Virus record (IMG/VR): IMGVR_UViG_3300020045_009341
Coordinates: 1-34,442 of that record
Direction: 5' to 3' (one strand)
Origin: a virus
Lineage: Duplodnaviria > Caudoviricetes
DNA length: 34,442 bases
Part shown: piece by piece, positions 17,330 to 27,087 of the stretch
Layout of the letters: each line of letters opens with the position of its first letter
How positions within the stretch are numbered: position 1 is the stretch's first letter
Notes under the pieces: model-generated
The model's database searches: none
What the model was told of the DNA's origin: nothing
Seen by the model: only the letters and a program-made list of their open reading frames with translations
Made by a program: the position numbers and the translations under genes

Positions 17330-18228
17330 ACGTCCTAGTTACCGGAAGTTCAGGGTTTATTGCGTCTAAGGTCGTATCTCGTCTTAGAGTCCTTGGACAT
17401 TCGGTAATTACCTACGACATTGTAGACAAGCAGAACATCTTAGACTTAGACCAGTTAGAAGACGCTGTCAGGAAGGTTGATGTTGTCTATCATATCGCAG
17501 CACAAGCAGACTTAACTCAAATGTCTAAGGACGTGGACAGCGGTAGGCGAGGCGTAATTTTAAACGTTACTGGAACCCACAACGTAGCGTACCTCTGTGC
17601 CAAGTATGGTAAGTGGATGATTTATGCCTCCACCGTATGCGTATACGGAAATCAAGACTCTATCATTGAATCTGAGGACAGAACTCTTCCTAACCCGTCA
17701 GAACTTTACGCCTGTTCTAAGTACGCTGGTGAGTGGTTAGTTAAAGGCTACGGATTTAACTATGGTATGCCTTGGACTATACTTCGCTTTGCCACCATCT
17801 ACGGGGAAGGAATGAGAGAAGCTTTAGGGATGCACATATTCTTCCGTCAAGCTATGAAAGGTGAGCCTATTACCGTACATGGTGAAGGTGACCAGATTCG
17901 CACACTTACCTACATCTACGACCTAGTCGATGGAATAGTCGCTTGCTTAGACCATCCTAAATGCCATGGTGAAGTAATCAACCTCTCTTCATGGGAAGGA
18001 ATTTCAGCGTTAAAGATGGCTGAGGACATTAAGAAATTAACTGAATCTAATTCCGAAATAGTGTTCATACCTCAACGTGCCAACCAAACGATGCATGAGA
18101 ACTTTGACGTATCCAAAGCTCGCAGATGTTTAAACTGGGAAGCCAAAACTTCATGGGAAGACGGACTAAAACTTACTTACAACTGGATAAATGAAACTAC
18201 TAAAGATAGAATTTCAGCACAAGGATAA
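17326..18228 (+). CDS. NAD-dependent NDP-sugar epimerase/dehydratase (extended SDR)
   Basis: TGSSGFIA nucleotide-binding loop, YACSK catalytic motif, GEGDQIRTLTYIYD. Confidence 0.9.
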   Translation: MNVLVTGSSGFIASKVVSRLRVLGHSVITYDIVDKQNILDLDQLEDAVRKVDVVYHIAAQADLTQMSKDVDSGRRGVILNVTGTHNVAYLCAKYGKWMIYASTVCVYGNQDSIIESEDRTLPNPSELYACSKYAGEWLVKGYGFNYGMPWTILRFATIYGEGMREALGMHIFFRQAMKGEPITVHGEGDQIRTLTYIYDLVDGIVACLDHPKCHGEVINLSSWEGISALKMAEDIKKLTESNSEIVFIPQRANQTMHENFDVSKARRCLNWEAKTSWEDGLKLTYNWINETTKDRISAQG

Positions 18229-18517
18229 GAGACGTACTTTAACACAGCTTCTAACAGCGGATATTAAGCAAGTTAACGTCTATGAAGCGCATCACGGGGA
18301 AGAACTTGGTAACCACTTTCACAAAGAAACGATTGAATACTTTTACATCTTGAGTGGCTCTATGAAATATAACAACAAGCAAATCTTAAAGAAAGGTGAT
18401 ATCTTCCACCCTGAACTTGGAGAGCGTCACACAGTTAAAGTATTATCGGATAAGGCAACATTCATGACGTTTTTAACCAAACCATACGACAAGGAGACAC
18501 CTGATATTTATGTCTAA
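18191..18517 (+). CDS. Cupin, sugar 3,4-ketoisomerase/epimerase-like (FdtA/WxcM-like)
   Basis: DKRR, GNHFHKETIEYFYILSG and ERH cupin motifs in an NDP-sugar context. Confidence 0.7.
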   Translation: MKLLKIEFQHKDKRRTLTQLLTADIKQVNVYEAHHGEELGNHFHKETIEYFYILSGSMKYNNKQILKKGDIFHPELGERHTVKVLSDKATFMTFLTKPYDKETPDIYV

Positions 18518-19475
18518 GAGAGCTTTAATCACCGGCCTAACAGGAATGGATGGTTCCCACTTAGCAGACCTTCTTTTGGAGAAAGGATATGAAGTTTTTG
18601 GATTAGTACGCCGTTCTGCCTCTCCAAACTACTGGCGTATTAACCATATCCTAGACAAGCTACACCTAATCAATGGAGACCTTACAGACCAGGCTAGTCT
18701 TGATAGAGCAGTTAAAGAATCAGCTCCAGACGAAATATATAATTTAGGAGCTCAGAGCTTCGTAAAGTATTCGTTTGAGTCTCCACTATCCACAGTAGAC
18801 ATTGACGGCGTTGGAGTCCTAAAACTACTTGAAAGCTATCGTCACTATGCGCCCAAAGCTAGATTTTATCAGGCATCCACCTCTGAAATGTACGGCAAGA
18901 TTCAAGAAACACCACAAAAAGAAACCACTCGATTCTACCCACGTTCTCCGTACGGCTGTGCCAAAGTAATGGCTCATCACCTATGTACGAATTATCGGGA
19001 AGCCTACCAACTCCACATCTCATGCGGAATACTTTTTAACCACGAGAGTCCTCGTAGAGGAGAAGAATTTGTCACCAGAAAAATTACAAAAGGCATTGCT
19101 GAGTATAAGAAAACAGGCAAAAAGTTATCTCTTGGCAACCTCAATGCTTCGAGAGATTGGGGACACTCCAGGGATTATATGGATGGTGCGTGGAGAATGC
19201 TCCAGCAAGAATCTGGAGGAGATTATGTCCTCGCCACTGGTGAGACTCACACCGTTAAAGAGTGGCTCGAAGAAACATGCCGAGTTGCAGATGTGGATTT
19301 CTGGGATTGCTATACCCAAAGTCCGACAATGGAACGACAATCGGAAGTCGACTACCTCAAAGGCGATTACTCTAAAGCCAAGAAAGTATTAGGATGGGAA
19401 CCGAAGGTTAGATTCACTGAACTCGTTAAGGAGATGTACCTAGCTGATGAAGCTCTCATTAGTAATTCCCGCTAA
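18510..19475 (+). CDS. gmd: GDP-mannose 4,6-dehydratase
   Basis: ALITGLTGMDGSHLA, YNLGAQSFV, FYQASTSEMYG, PRSPYGCAK, LFNHESPRRGEEFVTRKI, GNLNASRDWGH. Confidence 0.96.
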   Translation: MSKRALITGLTGMDGSHLADLLLEKGYEVFGLVRRSASPNYWRINHILDKLHLINGDLTDQASLDRAVKESAPDEIYNLGAQSFVKYSFESPLSTVDIDGVGVLKLLESYRHYAPKARFYQASTSEMYGKIQETPQKETTRFYPRSPYGCAKVMAHHLCTNYREAYQLHISCGILFNHESPRRGEEFVTRKITKGIAEYKKTGKKLSLGNLNASRDWGHSRDYMDGAWRMLQQESGGDYVLATGETHTVKEWLEETCRVADVDFWDCYTQSPTMERQSEVDYLKGDYSKAKKVLGWEPKVRFTELVKEMYLADEALISNSR

Positions 19476-20349
19476 AGACAAAAATGACCCAAAACTGGCT
19501 GAATTACTCAAGTCGATTGAGTCGCAAGACTTTGATAAAACGCAGATGGAAACTCTTATCATCACGCAAGGGACTTCTGAATCTGCTAAAGCAATTGGAA
19601 TCAGAAAAGCCAAAGGCGAAGTGATTGGGATATTGGCGAGTGATAATGAGTTGGTATCAAAAAGCTTCTTAACTGAATCCCTTAGAAATTTCCCAGTGGT
19701 TGATGCTTCGTACCCAATTTATTATTATTACTGTGCAAATGATGATTGTTTAAATAGATACTTTGCTTTAATCGGAGGTAATGACCCACTAGCCTATTAC
19801 ATGGGTAAAAATGATAAATTCTCATACATACAAGATGCTCCAAAGAAATGGCACAGATATTTCGGTAACCAAAAGACTATCGGAGACAATGGTTTTTTTA
19901 TTAAAAAAGAGTTGATAGAAGCTACTGATTTGGATAATTATTACCATATTGATAATGCTATTGAAGCTACGCCTCCAAGTACCACAATTAACCAACTAGA
20001 AATGTCTATTTGGCACAAAACAGGCGGCAACCTATTCAATTTCCTAAAGAAACGCTATCGTTATGGCTTACAGCACGCATTCAACTCAAACCGCCGTTGG
20101 CACTTAGTAGACTTCCGTGAAAGGGGTGATGTCCTACGTCTAATCTGGTTCATACTCGCTTCGGTTACTTTTATACACCCATTAATCCTGGCTATTCGAG
20201 GCTACTGCAAGATAAGAGATATCGCATGGTTCGTTCACCCGATAATGTGTTTCTTGACAGTGGTTACTTACGGGATACTCGTGTGTCACCTCGCACTCAG
20301 ACGGTTGTATCAATTGTTATTTGTTCCTACGGTAGAAGTGAGAGCTTAA
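19447..20349 (+). CDS. GT2 glycosyltransferase with C-terminal TM helices
   Basis: LSLVIP...GIRKAKGEVIGILASDNEL (atypical DxD), IGDNGFFIKK, two C-terminal TMs. Confidence 0.8.
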   Translation: MKLSLVIPAKDKNDPKLAELLKSIESQDFDKTQMETLIITQGTSESAKAIGIRKAKGEVIGILASDNELVSKSFLTESLRNFPVVDASYPIYYYYCANDDCLNRYFALIGGNDPLAYYMGKNDKFSYIQDAPKKWHRYFGNQKTIGDNGFFIKKELIEATDLDNYYHIDNAIEATPPSTTINQLEMSIWHKTGGNLFNFLKKRYRYGLQHAFNSNRRWHLVDFRERGDVLRLIWFILASVTFIHPLILAIRGYCKIRDIAWFVHPIMCFLTVVTYGILVCHLALRRLYQLLFVPTVEVRA

Positions 20350-21071
20350 ATGATACCCTCGAATCGCTTGGTAAACAAACTTTCAGAAACTTTGAAGTTA
20401 TCCTCATCACAGAAAAAGGAAACCTGTCAGAACTCAGAGACCGTGGACTTAGAGCTGCAGCAGGAGATATCGTCTCATTTATCGATGATGACGTTTATTG
20501 CCAACCAACTTGGCTTCAATTTGTCGTGGAAGCTTTCAAGAAAGAGGGCGTTGTAGGTGTCTCAGGACCAACCGAAATCACGGAGGAATTCCAAAAAAAT
20601 AGAGATTGTCTCAAATTTAAAGGAATCAAAAAGCTTCAAGACTGGCTATTTGACGTTGACAACCGCCCAGGACACCTCTCAAGCTGCGGTGCGCCCTCCT
20701 TCAGAAGTAACTTTCAATGTGACTATGAAGGAGAAGTTCAATACCTTGAATGCTGCAATTTCTCAGTCAGAAAAGAGAAAGCCATAGAGTGTGGAGGATT
20801 CGATGCTAGTTATACTGGAACGGGAGAGTGGAGCGAAGTTGATTTACACCTATCCTTGTCTAAGCTCGGAAGGCTCTACTTTTCGCCCAGAGCAAAGCTA
20901 TTCCATCGACCTTCAAAGAAAGGGATATATAGTGCAAGAATTAATACAGCTCATCGGTGGCGCAACTTTGTGCGTTTTCAAGAAAAGTGGATTAAGCCGA
21001 GTTTAAAACGACACTTATACTGGGGGTTTATTTGGCTCTACATGAAGATGAAAGATTGGCGAATGATTTAA
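20226..21071 (+). CDS. GT2 glycosyltransferase
   Basis: VSIVICSYGR, AAAGDIVSFIDDD, CNFSVRK..GGFD..EVDL. The true start is probably somewhat downstream of 20226. Confidence 0.9.
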   Translation: MVRSPDNVFLDSGYLRDTRVSPRTQTVVSIVICSYGRSESLNDTLESLGKQTFRNFEVILITEKGNLSELRDRGLRAAAGDIVSFIDDDVYCQPTWLQFVVEAFKKEGVVGVSGPTEITEEFQKNRDCLKFKGIKKLQDWLFDVDNRPGHLSSCGAPSFRSNFQCDYEGEVQYLECCNFSVRKEKAIECGGFDASYTGTGEWSEVDLHLSLSKLGRLYFSPRAKLFHRPSKKGIYSARINTAHRWRNFVRFQEKWIKPSLKRHLYWGFIWLYMKMKDWRMI

Positions 21072-21235
21072 CCAAGACTGGGGTCTACTGCCCTAGTGAG
21101 ACTTGTACTGGGTTAAAGCATGAAATGGAACGAGTCTCAAGCGAACTAAGATTTACCTGTCATTGGTGCGGAGGAGTAGTTGAATATGACGAAAAAGGCA
21201 ACATTACCGAAAGTTGGTTTGAAGGTTTTAAGTAA
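21032..21235 (+). CDS. Small Zn-ribbon protein
   Basis: CPSETC...CHWC motif; fills the gap between the GT2 and GroES-like genes. Confidence 0.5.
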   Translation: MALHEDERLANDLTKTGVYCPSETCTGLKHEMERVSSELRFTCHWCGGVVEYDEKGNITESWFEGFK

Positions 21236-21569
21236 GAACTCTCCATACAAGCTTCAAATGCTTGGGCAGAAGGTTCTTATGGAAGAGGAGCCGATGGAGC
21301 TTACACCTGACGCTAAGTCTGGTTTAACTCAGGATGTAATGGATATGGTGTCTTCTGGAAAGTTAATTCTCCCAGACGAAGGTAAATTTATGATTTCAAA
21401 ATATCCATTCAGGGGAACCGTGCTGTCTGTTGGCAAAGGATGTAAAGAGGTAAAAGTCGGTGACAGAATTCACTTTGCACCTTTAGGTGTACACAGATTT
21501 GAGTTTTTCGGTAAGCAATATCTAATCGCTCATGAGGATGATGTACACGGTTTCTATGATAGACGTTAA
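21186..21569 (+). CDS. groES: GroES/Cpn10-like co-chaperonin
   Basis: LQMLGQKVLME..SGKLILPD..GTVLSVGKG..VKVGDRI....YLIAHEDDV; GGAGGAG RBS. Confidence 0.8.
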   Translation: MTKKATLPKVGLKVLSKNSPYKLQMLGQKVLMEEEPMELTPDAKSGLTQDVMDMVSSGKLILPDEGKFMISKYPFRGTVLSVGKGCKEVKVGDRIHFAPLGVHRFEFFGKQYLIAHEDDVHGFYDRR

Positions 21570-21801
21570 GCCATTCGGAGCCATAGCAGAATACGTCATT
21601 AAACCTCTCTTAGACGACATGAGAGAAACAATGAACATGATGGAAGAGCATAAACTTCCAGCTAGAGATTTAATCAGTATGGCGTGGAAACTGTTCATAT
21701 TCGACAAGGTAATAACCTTAATACAAACAGTGATAGTCACAGGAGCTATATGCTGGACACTTTACTACTACCTCTTACACTCCCAGAACGTAGTCAGATA
21801 A
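21532..21801 (+). CDS. Small membrane protein
   Basis: About 80-89 aa with a C-terminal hydrophobic helix; start uncertain. Confidence 0.45.
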   Translation: MRMMYTVSMIDVKPFGAIAEYVIKPLLDDMRETMNMMEEHKLPARDLISMAWKLFIFDKVITLIQTVIVTGAICWTLYYYLLHSQNVVR

Positions 21802-22301
21802 TTAAGCATGAGGGACTGGGTAATTATGCCATTTCCAAGTATTATCAGTTTCCTTATAGCTTCTTCTACCAATACAAACTCCGAATGATACTGAGTATGA
21901 TGAAAGGCGAGAAGTGCGGTAAGATTCTAGACTACGGGGCTGGACCTGGAATATTCACTCCCGAACTCAGGAAGTGGGGTAAGGTCGTGTCAGTTGACAT
22001 CTCGGACCAAATTAATCCACTTTGGAAGTTTGACCTAATCATCTGCTCCAGCGTACTAGAATTCACCTACTTAGACCACACACTAAGACTTCTCAAGTCA
22101 CTTCTCAACAAAGATGGAAAGTTGATTGTCGCCTCTCCAATTAAATCCAAACTATCCAACTTTTACTTCAGCTCTATTAACGACAAGAAAGTCCGTCATT
22201 CGCACCTAGAGATTCAATCCGCCGTGTCCAAGCAGTTTAAAATTGAAAGGTATGAAGAATGGTTAAGTCTATACTTCGTTCTCAAAGCACGTCAGAGCTA
22301 G
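21750..22301 (+). CDS. Class I SAM-dependent methyltransferase
   Basis: ILDYGAGPG motif I, FDLIICSSVLE, LLNKDGKLIVASP; AGGAG RBS before ATG 21750. Confidence 0.88.
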   Translation: MLDTLLLPLTLPERSQIIKHEGLGNYAISKYYQFPYSFFYQYKLRMILSMMKGEKCGKILDYGAGPGIFTPELRKWGKVVSVDISDQINPLWKFDLIICSSVLEFTYLDHTLRLLKSLLNKDGKLIVASPIKSKLSNFYFSSINDKKVRHSHLEIQSAVSKQFKIERYEEWLSLYFVLKARQS

Positions 22302-22993
22302 ACGGGCTTTCAGTAGTAATTCCTTGCTACAAGGAAGACAACACTATAGTCACAAACCTATCTACCACTCTCATGTCCCATGGAGCCGAAGTAATAGTAG
22401 TAGATGATGGTGGCTTTATGGATTTGCCAATAACCATAAGCACTCTCAGACACCAACCAAACATGGGATATGGATACTCTCTTAAGAAAGGTATAAGAGC
22501 AGCCACTAATGACATTGTTTGCACCTGTGACGGCGATTTTCAACACCGTCCTGAAGACGTAGTAAAACTCTACAAAACTTACAAGATGATAGATGACTGT
22601 AAGATGGTAGTAGGTTCTCGCTGGAATCTTAAAGAGCCTCATATCCGTTGGTTTGCAAGGAAATGTCTTAACTTTCTAGGAAGTTGTATCGCAGGACACT
22701 ATCTGGTTGATTTGAATAGCGGAATGAGAGTGTTTAATCGTGATATTGCTTTGGGGTATGAGCCAATCCTTTGTGACACGTTCTCATTCACTACTAGTCT
22801 TTCAATGAGTATGGTTACTGACAAACACAAAATTGCTTACTTTCCAATTACTGTACAACCACGTCTTTACGGGAAATCGAGAGTTAAGTTGTTTCAAGAT
22901 GGATTGGTAACGGTTTATTATATCGTTTGGGTCGGCATGGCTCTTAGAACAAGAGGAATTAGGAAATGGCTAAGAAGCTTGTTTGGACGGTAG
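22259..22993 (+). CDS. GT2, polyprenol-phosphate glycosyltransferase (DPM synthase-like)
   Basis: VIVVDDG, NMGYGYSLKKG, CDGDFQH, VVGSR, DLNSGMRVF, PRLYGKSRV. Confidence 0.88.
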   Translation: MVKSILRSQSTSELDGLSVVIPCYKEDNTIVTNLSTTLMSHGAEVIVVDDGGFMDLPITISTLRHQPNMGYGYSLKKGIRAATNDIVCTCDGDFQHRPEDVVKLYKTYKMIDDCKMVVGSRWNLKEPHIRWFARKCLNFLGSCIAGHYLVDLNSGMRVFNRDIALGYEPILCDTFSFTTSLSMSMVTDKHKIAYFPITVQPRLYGKSRVKLFQDGLVTVYYIVWVGMALRTRGIRKWLRSLFGR

Positions 22994-23556
22994 ATGTCGA
23001 GTTTGACTGGGGAGGGCGTAATAATGGCACAGACGGTCTTGACAAAGGAATGCCACTCATTTATAAGGCACTTAGAAAAAACGATGTCAAAGGACTCTTC
23101 TTTATCTCTACAGAAATTCTTGAAGAACGGCCTGGGGTGGTCCAGGACATCCTCAATGAGGGACACGAAATCGCCTGTCACGGTCACTTTCACCATTGTT
23201 TCAAGGAGCCTTGGAGACAGAATCAGAATATGAAGATTTCTAAGACAATACTGGAGAATTACTCAAGCCAAGCTCACTTTGACTTCAGGGCTCCGAAGTT
23301 CTCCTACATCTTCAATGGACAGCCATACTCCGACCCAGAAAATCACGTGAGTGTGCTAAAGCACATGTGGACTGGACAGAAGATAACCAAGGACTCAGTT
23401 TTCTATTTACATCCGTTCGATATTGTGGGTGGGAAAGATGCCCCAACCCTCTTCTGTAAACTGTGGTATTCTAAACCTAGGAAAGCCTATGAAACTTTTC
23501 TTAATTTGCTTAAGCGTTATCCTGGTGATATACGCTTACATAAAGATACAGATTAA
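22966..23556 (+). CDS. Polysaccharide deacetylase (CE4/NodB-like)
   Basis: TVDVE, GHEIACHGHFH, FRAP and YLHPFD motifs. Confidence 0.88.
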   Translation: MAKKLVWTVDVEFDWGGRNNGTDGLDKGMPLIYKALRKNDVKGLFFISTEILEERPGVVQDILNEGHEIACHGHFHHCFKEPWRQNQNMKISKTILENYSSQAHFDFRAPKFSYIFNGQPYSDPENHVSVLKHMWTGQKITKDSVFYLHPFDIVGGKDAPTLFCKLWYSKPRKAYETFLNLLKRYPGDIRLHKDTD

Positions 23557-23605
23557 ACTTGAAAAAGTAGTCTCAACTTACGTTAAGAATCTTTGGAGAC
23601 ATTGA
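23489..23605 (+). CDS. 38-aa single-TM peptide bridging the deacetylase and radical SAM genes
   Basis: MKLFLICLSVILVIYAYIKIQIKLEKVVSTYVKNLWRH*, with AGGA upstream and TGATG coupling to the next gene. Confidence 0.4.
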   Translation: MKLFLICLSVILVIYAYIKIQIKLEKVVSTYVKNLWRH

Positions 23606-26145
23606 TGAAAATATGCCTCGTGAATCCACCTAATTTTTTTGAATTAGTTGGAAATGACCCTGTGATTATTAAGGACCAACAAGGTGTTTATCCTCCTCTT
23701 GGTCTGCTATACACCTCAGCCTACATAAATAAAAAAGGTGACCATCACGTTGATGTAATCGACTGTCAGGCTAAAGAAATCACTCATGCTGAAGCTGCTG
23801 AGAGAGTTGAAAAACTAGCTCCTGATTTAATCGGTATAACAGCTATGACGTTTACTCTAGTAGATTGCAAACTTATAATTCAGGAAATCCGTAAGAGACT
23901 TCCTAACACTCCAATAGTCGTAGGTGGCCCTCACACCGCTATTTACCCAGAAGAATGCTTCAATAAGAATGGTTTAGGAGCTGACTACGTCATCGTAGGG
24001 GAGGGAGAAATCACTCTTAACGAACTAGCCACAGACCTAGAAATGGGTAAGCCTAAGAATCGTATCTATCGTCAAGTAAATTTCATCCAGCACTTAGATG
24101 AACTTCCTTTTGCGGATTATGATGCTGTGGATATACACGACTATTATTCGGTTCTCGCTGAAGAAACTCCTTCAGTCACGATGTTTAGTTGCCATGATGA
24201 CCAGACAGAAGTGCTTACTAAAGACGGATTTAAGCTATTCAAGGATTTAGACCAAAAAGACCAACTAGCTTCTTATCATGTCAAATCAGGAATTGTGCAG
24301 TATAAGCCAGTAAAAGGAGTTACTAAGGATTGGTACGAAGGTGAGATGATTCATATTAAATCATCCACATCTGACATTATGGTTACTCCAAACCACAGAA
24401 TGATGGTTCAAAAATCTAATTATAAGAACCAGTATGGTGATTTCTATTTTGAAACTGCTGAAGAGATGTACGGACAAGAACGCAGAAGATTAACTCGTTT
24501 TGGAGAGTGGATAGGCGAAGAACCTGCCGACACTAAGATTTGTTTTGTAGCCGGAAAACAGCAGGAAACACTTGAGATAGATTTAGGTGATTTTATGGAG
24601 TTTCTTGGCTACTATCTTTCTGAAGGAAATGCATGGTTTATAAGAAACAATACAAATAAACCTATGTATAGAGTCAAAATAACTCAAAGCCTAGTGGCAA
24701 ATCCTGTGACATACGGATTAATTGATAATTGCATTAAAAAAATGGGGTTTAAATACTATAAAAGTGATTGCCATTTTGAGATAAGTTGCAAAGAACTTTA
24801 CCAATATCTAAAGCCGTTAGGATTGTGTGATAAGAAGTACATACCTACCTACTTTAAAAATCTTACAAGACCATACCTCACACGATTATTTGATGCTTTG
24901 CAAGAAGGAGATGGTTACTTAAATATAGCTGGTGGAAATCAGGTTTATCACTATACAACAACTTCAAAGAAATTAGCTGATGATGTACAAGAAATATCTT
25001 TAAAACTAGGATATGGTTCTACTGTACATAATAAAAAACCCAGACAAGGTGCTTATATAAAAGGACGTTTAGTACAATCAATACTCCCTAGCTATACAGT
25101 TACCTCTTTTGAGAAAGTTCATGTTACTCCTCATAAACGTAACTACTCAAAAGTGCCATACAAAGGCTACGTCTATTGTGCTGAAAATTCTAACGGAACT
25201 CTAGTAACTCGCAGAAATGGAAGAGTCATAACTCTAGGTAATTCAAGGGGTTGCCCATTCTCATGTGCGTACTGTGACCGCCCAGCTCTAGGAAAAGGTT
25301 TTCGTCCCCAAGGAGCTAAACGAGTTGTGGATGAGATGGAATCCCTTCAGAACCGAGGAGCCAAAGAAATCTTCTTCTATGACGATACATTCTCAGTATC
25401 AATGAAGCGTGTAGACCAAATCTGTGACGACTATATTACCCGTGGACTTAAGATTAAGTGGGATATCAGAACTCGGGTAAACGTAGTCAATGAAGAACTC
25501 TTGAAGAAAATGAAAAAGGCTGGATGTGAACGAATCCACTTTGGCGTAGAATCTGGAAATCCTAGAATTGTAAGGACAATGAATAAAGGTGTTTCGATTA
25601 AACAAGTGGAAGACGCATTCGACATCTGTAAGCGTGTTGGAATTAAGACCCTGGCCTACTTTATGATGGGAAATCCTGGAGAAACACTGGATGATGTTAA
25701 AGACACTCTAAGGCTCTCTCAACGTATTAAACCCGACTTCATGCAGATGACAATTCTATCCCCATTTCCAGCAACTAAATACTACCTAGACGCCATGAAA
25801 GAAGGAGTCTGTAAAACTGACGTTTGGAGAGACTACGCCAATAACATCAATGACGACTTTAGACCTCCTCTATGGACTCAACCTGGAGGCATCTATTCCA
25901 GGGAAGAGCTTGAATCTCATCTTAGGTGGTTTTATGGGAAGTTCTACCTTCATCCTAAATTCATCATGGACCGAATACTTGAGGTTAGAAACTTTGGTCA
26001 GTTTAAACGTTATGCAAGTGCTGGAATGGGGCTCTTGAAAATGACACTTGTTCCAGAGTCAAAGATGAGAGATTCGTGGGGACTTCGTAATAGAGAAGGT
26101 GTGGCTAACTCAAAAGCACCCGAGGCTGCGATTGCACTTAACTAG
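23605..26145 (+). CDS. Cobalamin-dependent (class B-like) radical SAM enzyme, intein-containing
   Basis: B12-binding domain (YPPLGLLY, VVGGPH, IVGEGE). After splicing the sequence reads TMFS|SRGCPFSCAYC, followed by FYDDTF, GVESG and YFMMGNPGET. Confidence 0.92.
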   Translation: MKICLVNPPNFFELVGNDPVIIKDQQGVYPPLGLLYTSAYINKKGDHHVDVIDCQAKEITHAEAAERVEKLAPDLIGITAMTFTLVDCKLIIQEIRKRLPNTPIVVGGPHTAIYPEECFNKNGLGADYVIVGEGEITLNELATDLEMGKPKNRIYRQVNFIQHLDELPFADYDAVDIHDYYSVLAEETPSVTMFSCHDDQTEVLTKDGFKLFKDLDQKDQLASYHVKSGIVQYKPVKGVTKDWYEGEMIHIKSSTSDIMVTPNHRMMVQKSNYKNQYGDFYFETAEEMYGQERRRLTRFGEWIGEEPADTKICFVAGKQQETLEIDLGDFMEFLGYYLSEGNAWFIRNNTNKPMYRVKITQSLVANPVTYGLIDNCIKKMGFKYYKSDCHFEISCKELYQYLKPLGLCDKKYIPTYFKNLTRPYLTRLFDALQEGDGYLNIAGGNQVYHYTTTSKKLADDVQEISLKLGYGSTVHNKKPRQGAYIKGRLVQSILPSYTVTSFEKVHVTPHKRNYSKVPYKGYVYCAENSNGTLVTRRNGRVITLGNSRGCPFSCAYCDRPALGKGFRPQGAKRVVDEMESLQNRGAKEIFFYDDTFSVSMKRVDQICDDYITRGLKIKWDIRTRVNVVNEELLKKMKKAGCERIHFGVESGNPRIVRTMNKGVSIKQVEDAFDICKRVGIKTLAYFMMGNPGETLDDVKDTLRLSQRIKPDFMQMTILSPFPATKYYLDAMKEGVCKTDVWRDYANNINDDFRPPLWTQPGGIYSREELESHLRWFYGKFYLHPKFIMDRILEVRNFGQFKRYASAGMGLLKMTLVPESKMRDSWGLRNREGVANSKAPEAAIALN
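24190..25242 (+). mobile_element. Intein (351 aa) with LAGLIDADG-type homing endonuclease
   Basis: Starts CHDDQTEVLT and ends TLGN followed by Ser(+1). Block B VTPNH; endonuclease motifs FLGYYLSEG and LFDALQEGDG; block F YKGYVYC. Confidence 0.93.
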
Positions 26146-27007
26146 TTTAACAAATATTGCTAGGAAATTACCTAGTCCTATTTACAAACTTGCTGCACAG
26201 AGTTTCATCGACCTTGAGTTCCCCCGACACATTTTTATAGAAACGACTGCAAACTGCAACCTTTCTTGTGCTTACTGCCCAAGAGAAAAACGTAAGGAGG
26301 ATATGGACTTTGAACTCTTCAGAAGCATCATTGATGAAGCAACACACTATGGCCCACGAAGCTTTTCTCTCCACTTATTCGGAGAACCACTTCTCTATCC
26401 CAAAATCTTGGAAGCAATATCGTATATCAAGAGTTCAAATAGAAGACACACTATCCTTCTCACGACGAACGGAACTTTCCTTAATAAGTTTGCACGACTT
26501 CTTGGTCAGGTTGATAGGGTCATATGGTCCTACAGAAAGAACAGCTTTAATTCAGACTCTATCAAACTCCTCAAGGAAAAAGGTCTTATCCGACTCCTCA
26601 TCGAAGAAACGCCGAAAGAAGAGTTTGAAAAGTGGAGTAAGTTCCCGAGGGTTGAAATAAAACACTTACATAACTATGGAGGTCAAATTGATACAACTAA
26701 ATGGGGTTTGGAGAAAGATTTGGATGATAGTGTTATTGGGAATCGTTACCCCTGTTACCACCTTTGGCTTGCTCCTGCGATTCGGTGGAATGGTGAAATA
26801 GTTGAATGTTGCAACTTGCCAAAATTAGGTGTAGATGTCTTAGGAAAATACGGAGAAACTACTATTAAAGAAGTCTGGTCAGGAAAAGGAATCTCAAACT
26901 TGAGAGAATCCCACAAGAAAGGCATTTATCCAGGAGCTTGTAATAAATGTACTTCGTGGCAGGCGTATCCAAACATATTTTTTCGCTCCCAATGTCTAGC
27001 TGCATAA
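26099..27007 (+). CDS. Radical SAM enzyme with SPASM/twitch domain
   Basis: CNLSCAYC, LFGEPLL, TTNG; C-terminal PCYHLW...GEIVECC...CNKC. Confidence 0.9.
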   Translation: MWLTQKHPRLRLHLTSLTNIARKLPSPIYKLAAQSFIDLEFPRHIFIETTANCNLSCAYCPREKRKEDMDFELFRSIIDEATHYGPRSFSLHLFGEPLLYPKILEAISYIKSSNRRHTILLTTNGTFLNKFARLLGQVDRVIWSYRKNSFNSDSIKLLKEKGLIRLLIEETPKEEFEKWSKFPRVEIKHLHNYGGQIDTTKWGLEKDLDDSVIGNRYPCYHLWLAPAIRWNGEIVECCNLPKLGVDVLGKYGETTIKEVWSGKGISNLRESHKKGIYPGACNKCTSWQAYPNIFFRSQCLAA

Positions 27008-27087
27008 ACGTCTGCATCATGGACATCAATGGAATATGTATAGGGTGTAAACGTACTATTGAGGAAATATCAAATTGTGTTGGCTAG
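26992..27087 (+). CDS. 31-aa DUF1289-like Cys-rich minipeptide (not in ORF track)
   Basis: MSSCINVCIMDINGICIGCKRTIEEISNCVG* matches the DUF1289 pattern Cx3C-x7-Cx2C.RT..EI and fills the intergenic gap. Confidence 0.65.
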   Translation: MSSCINVCIMDINGICIGCKRTIEEISNCVG

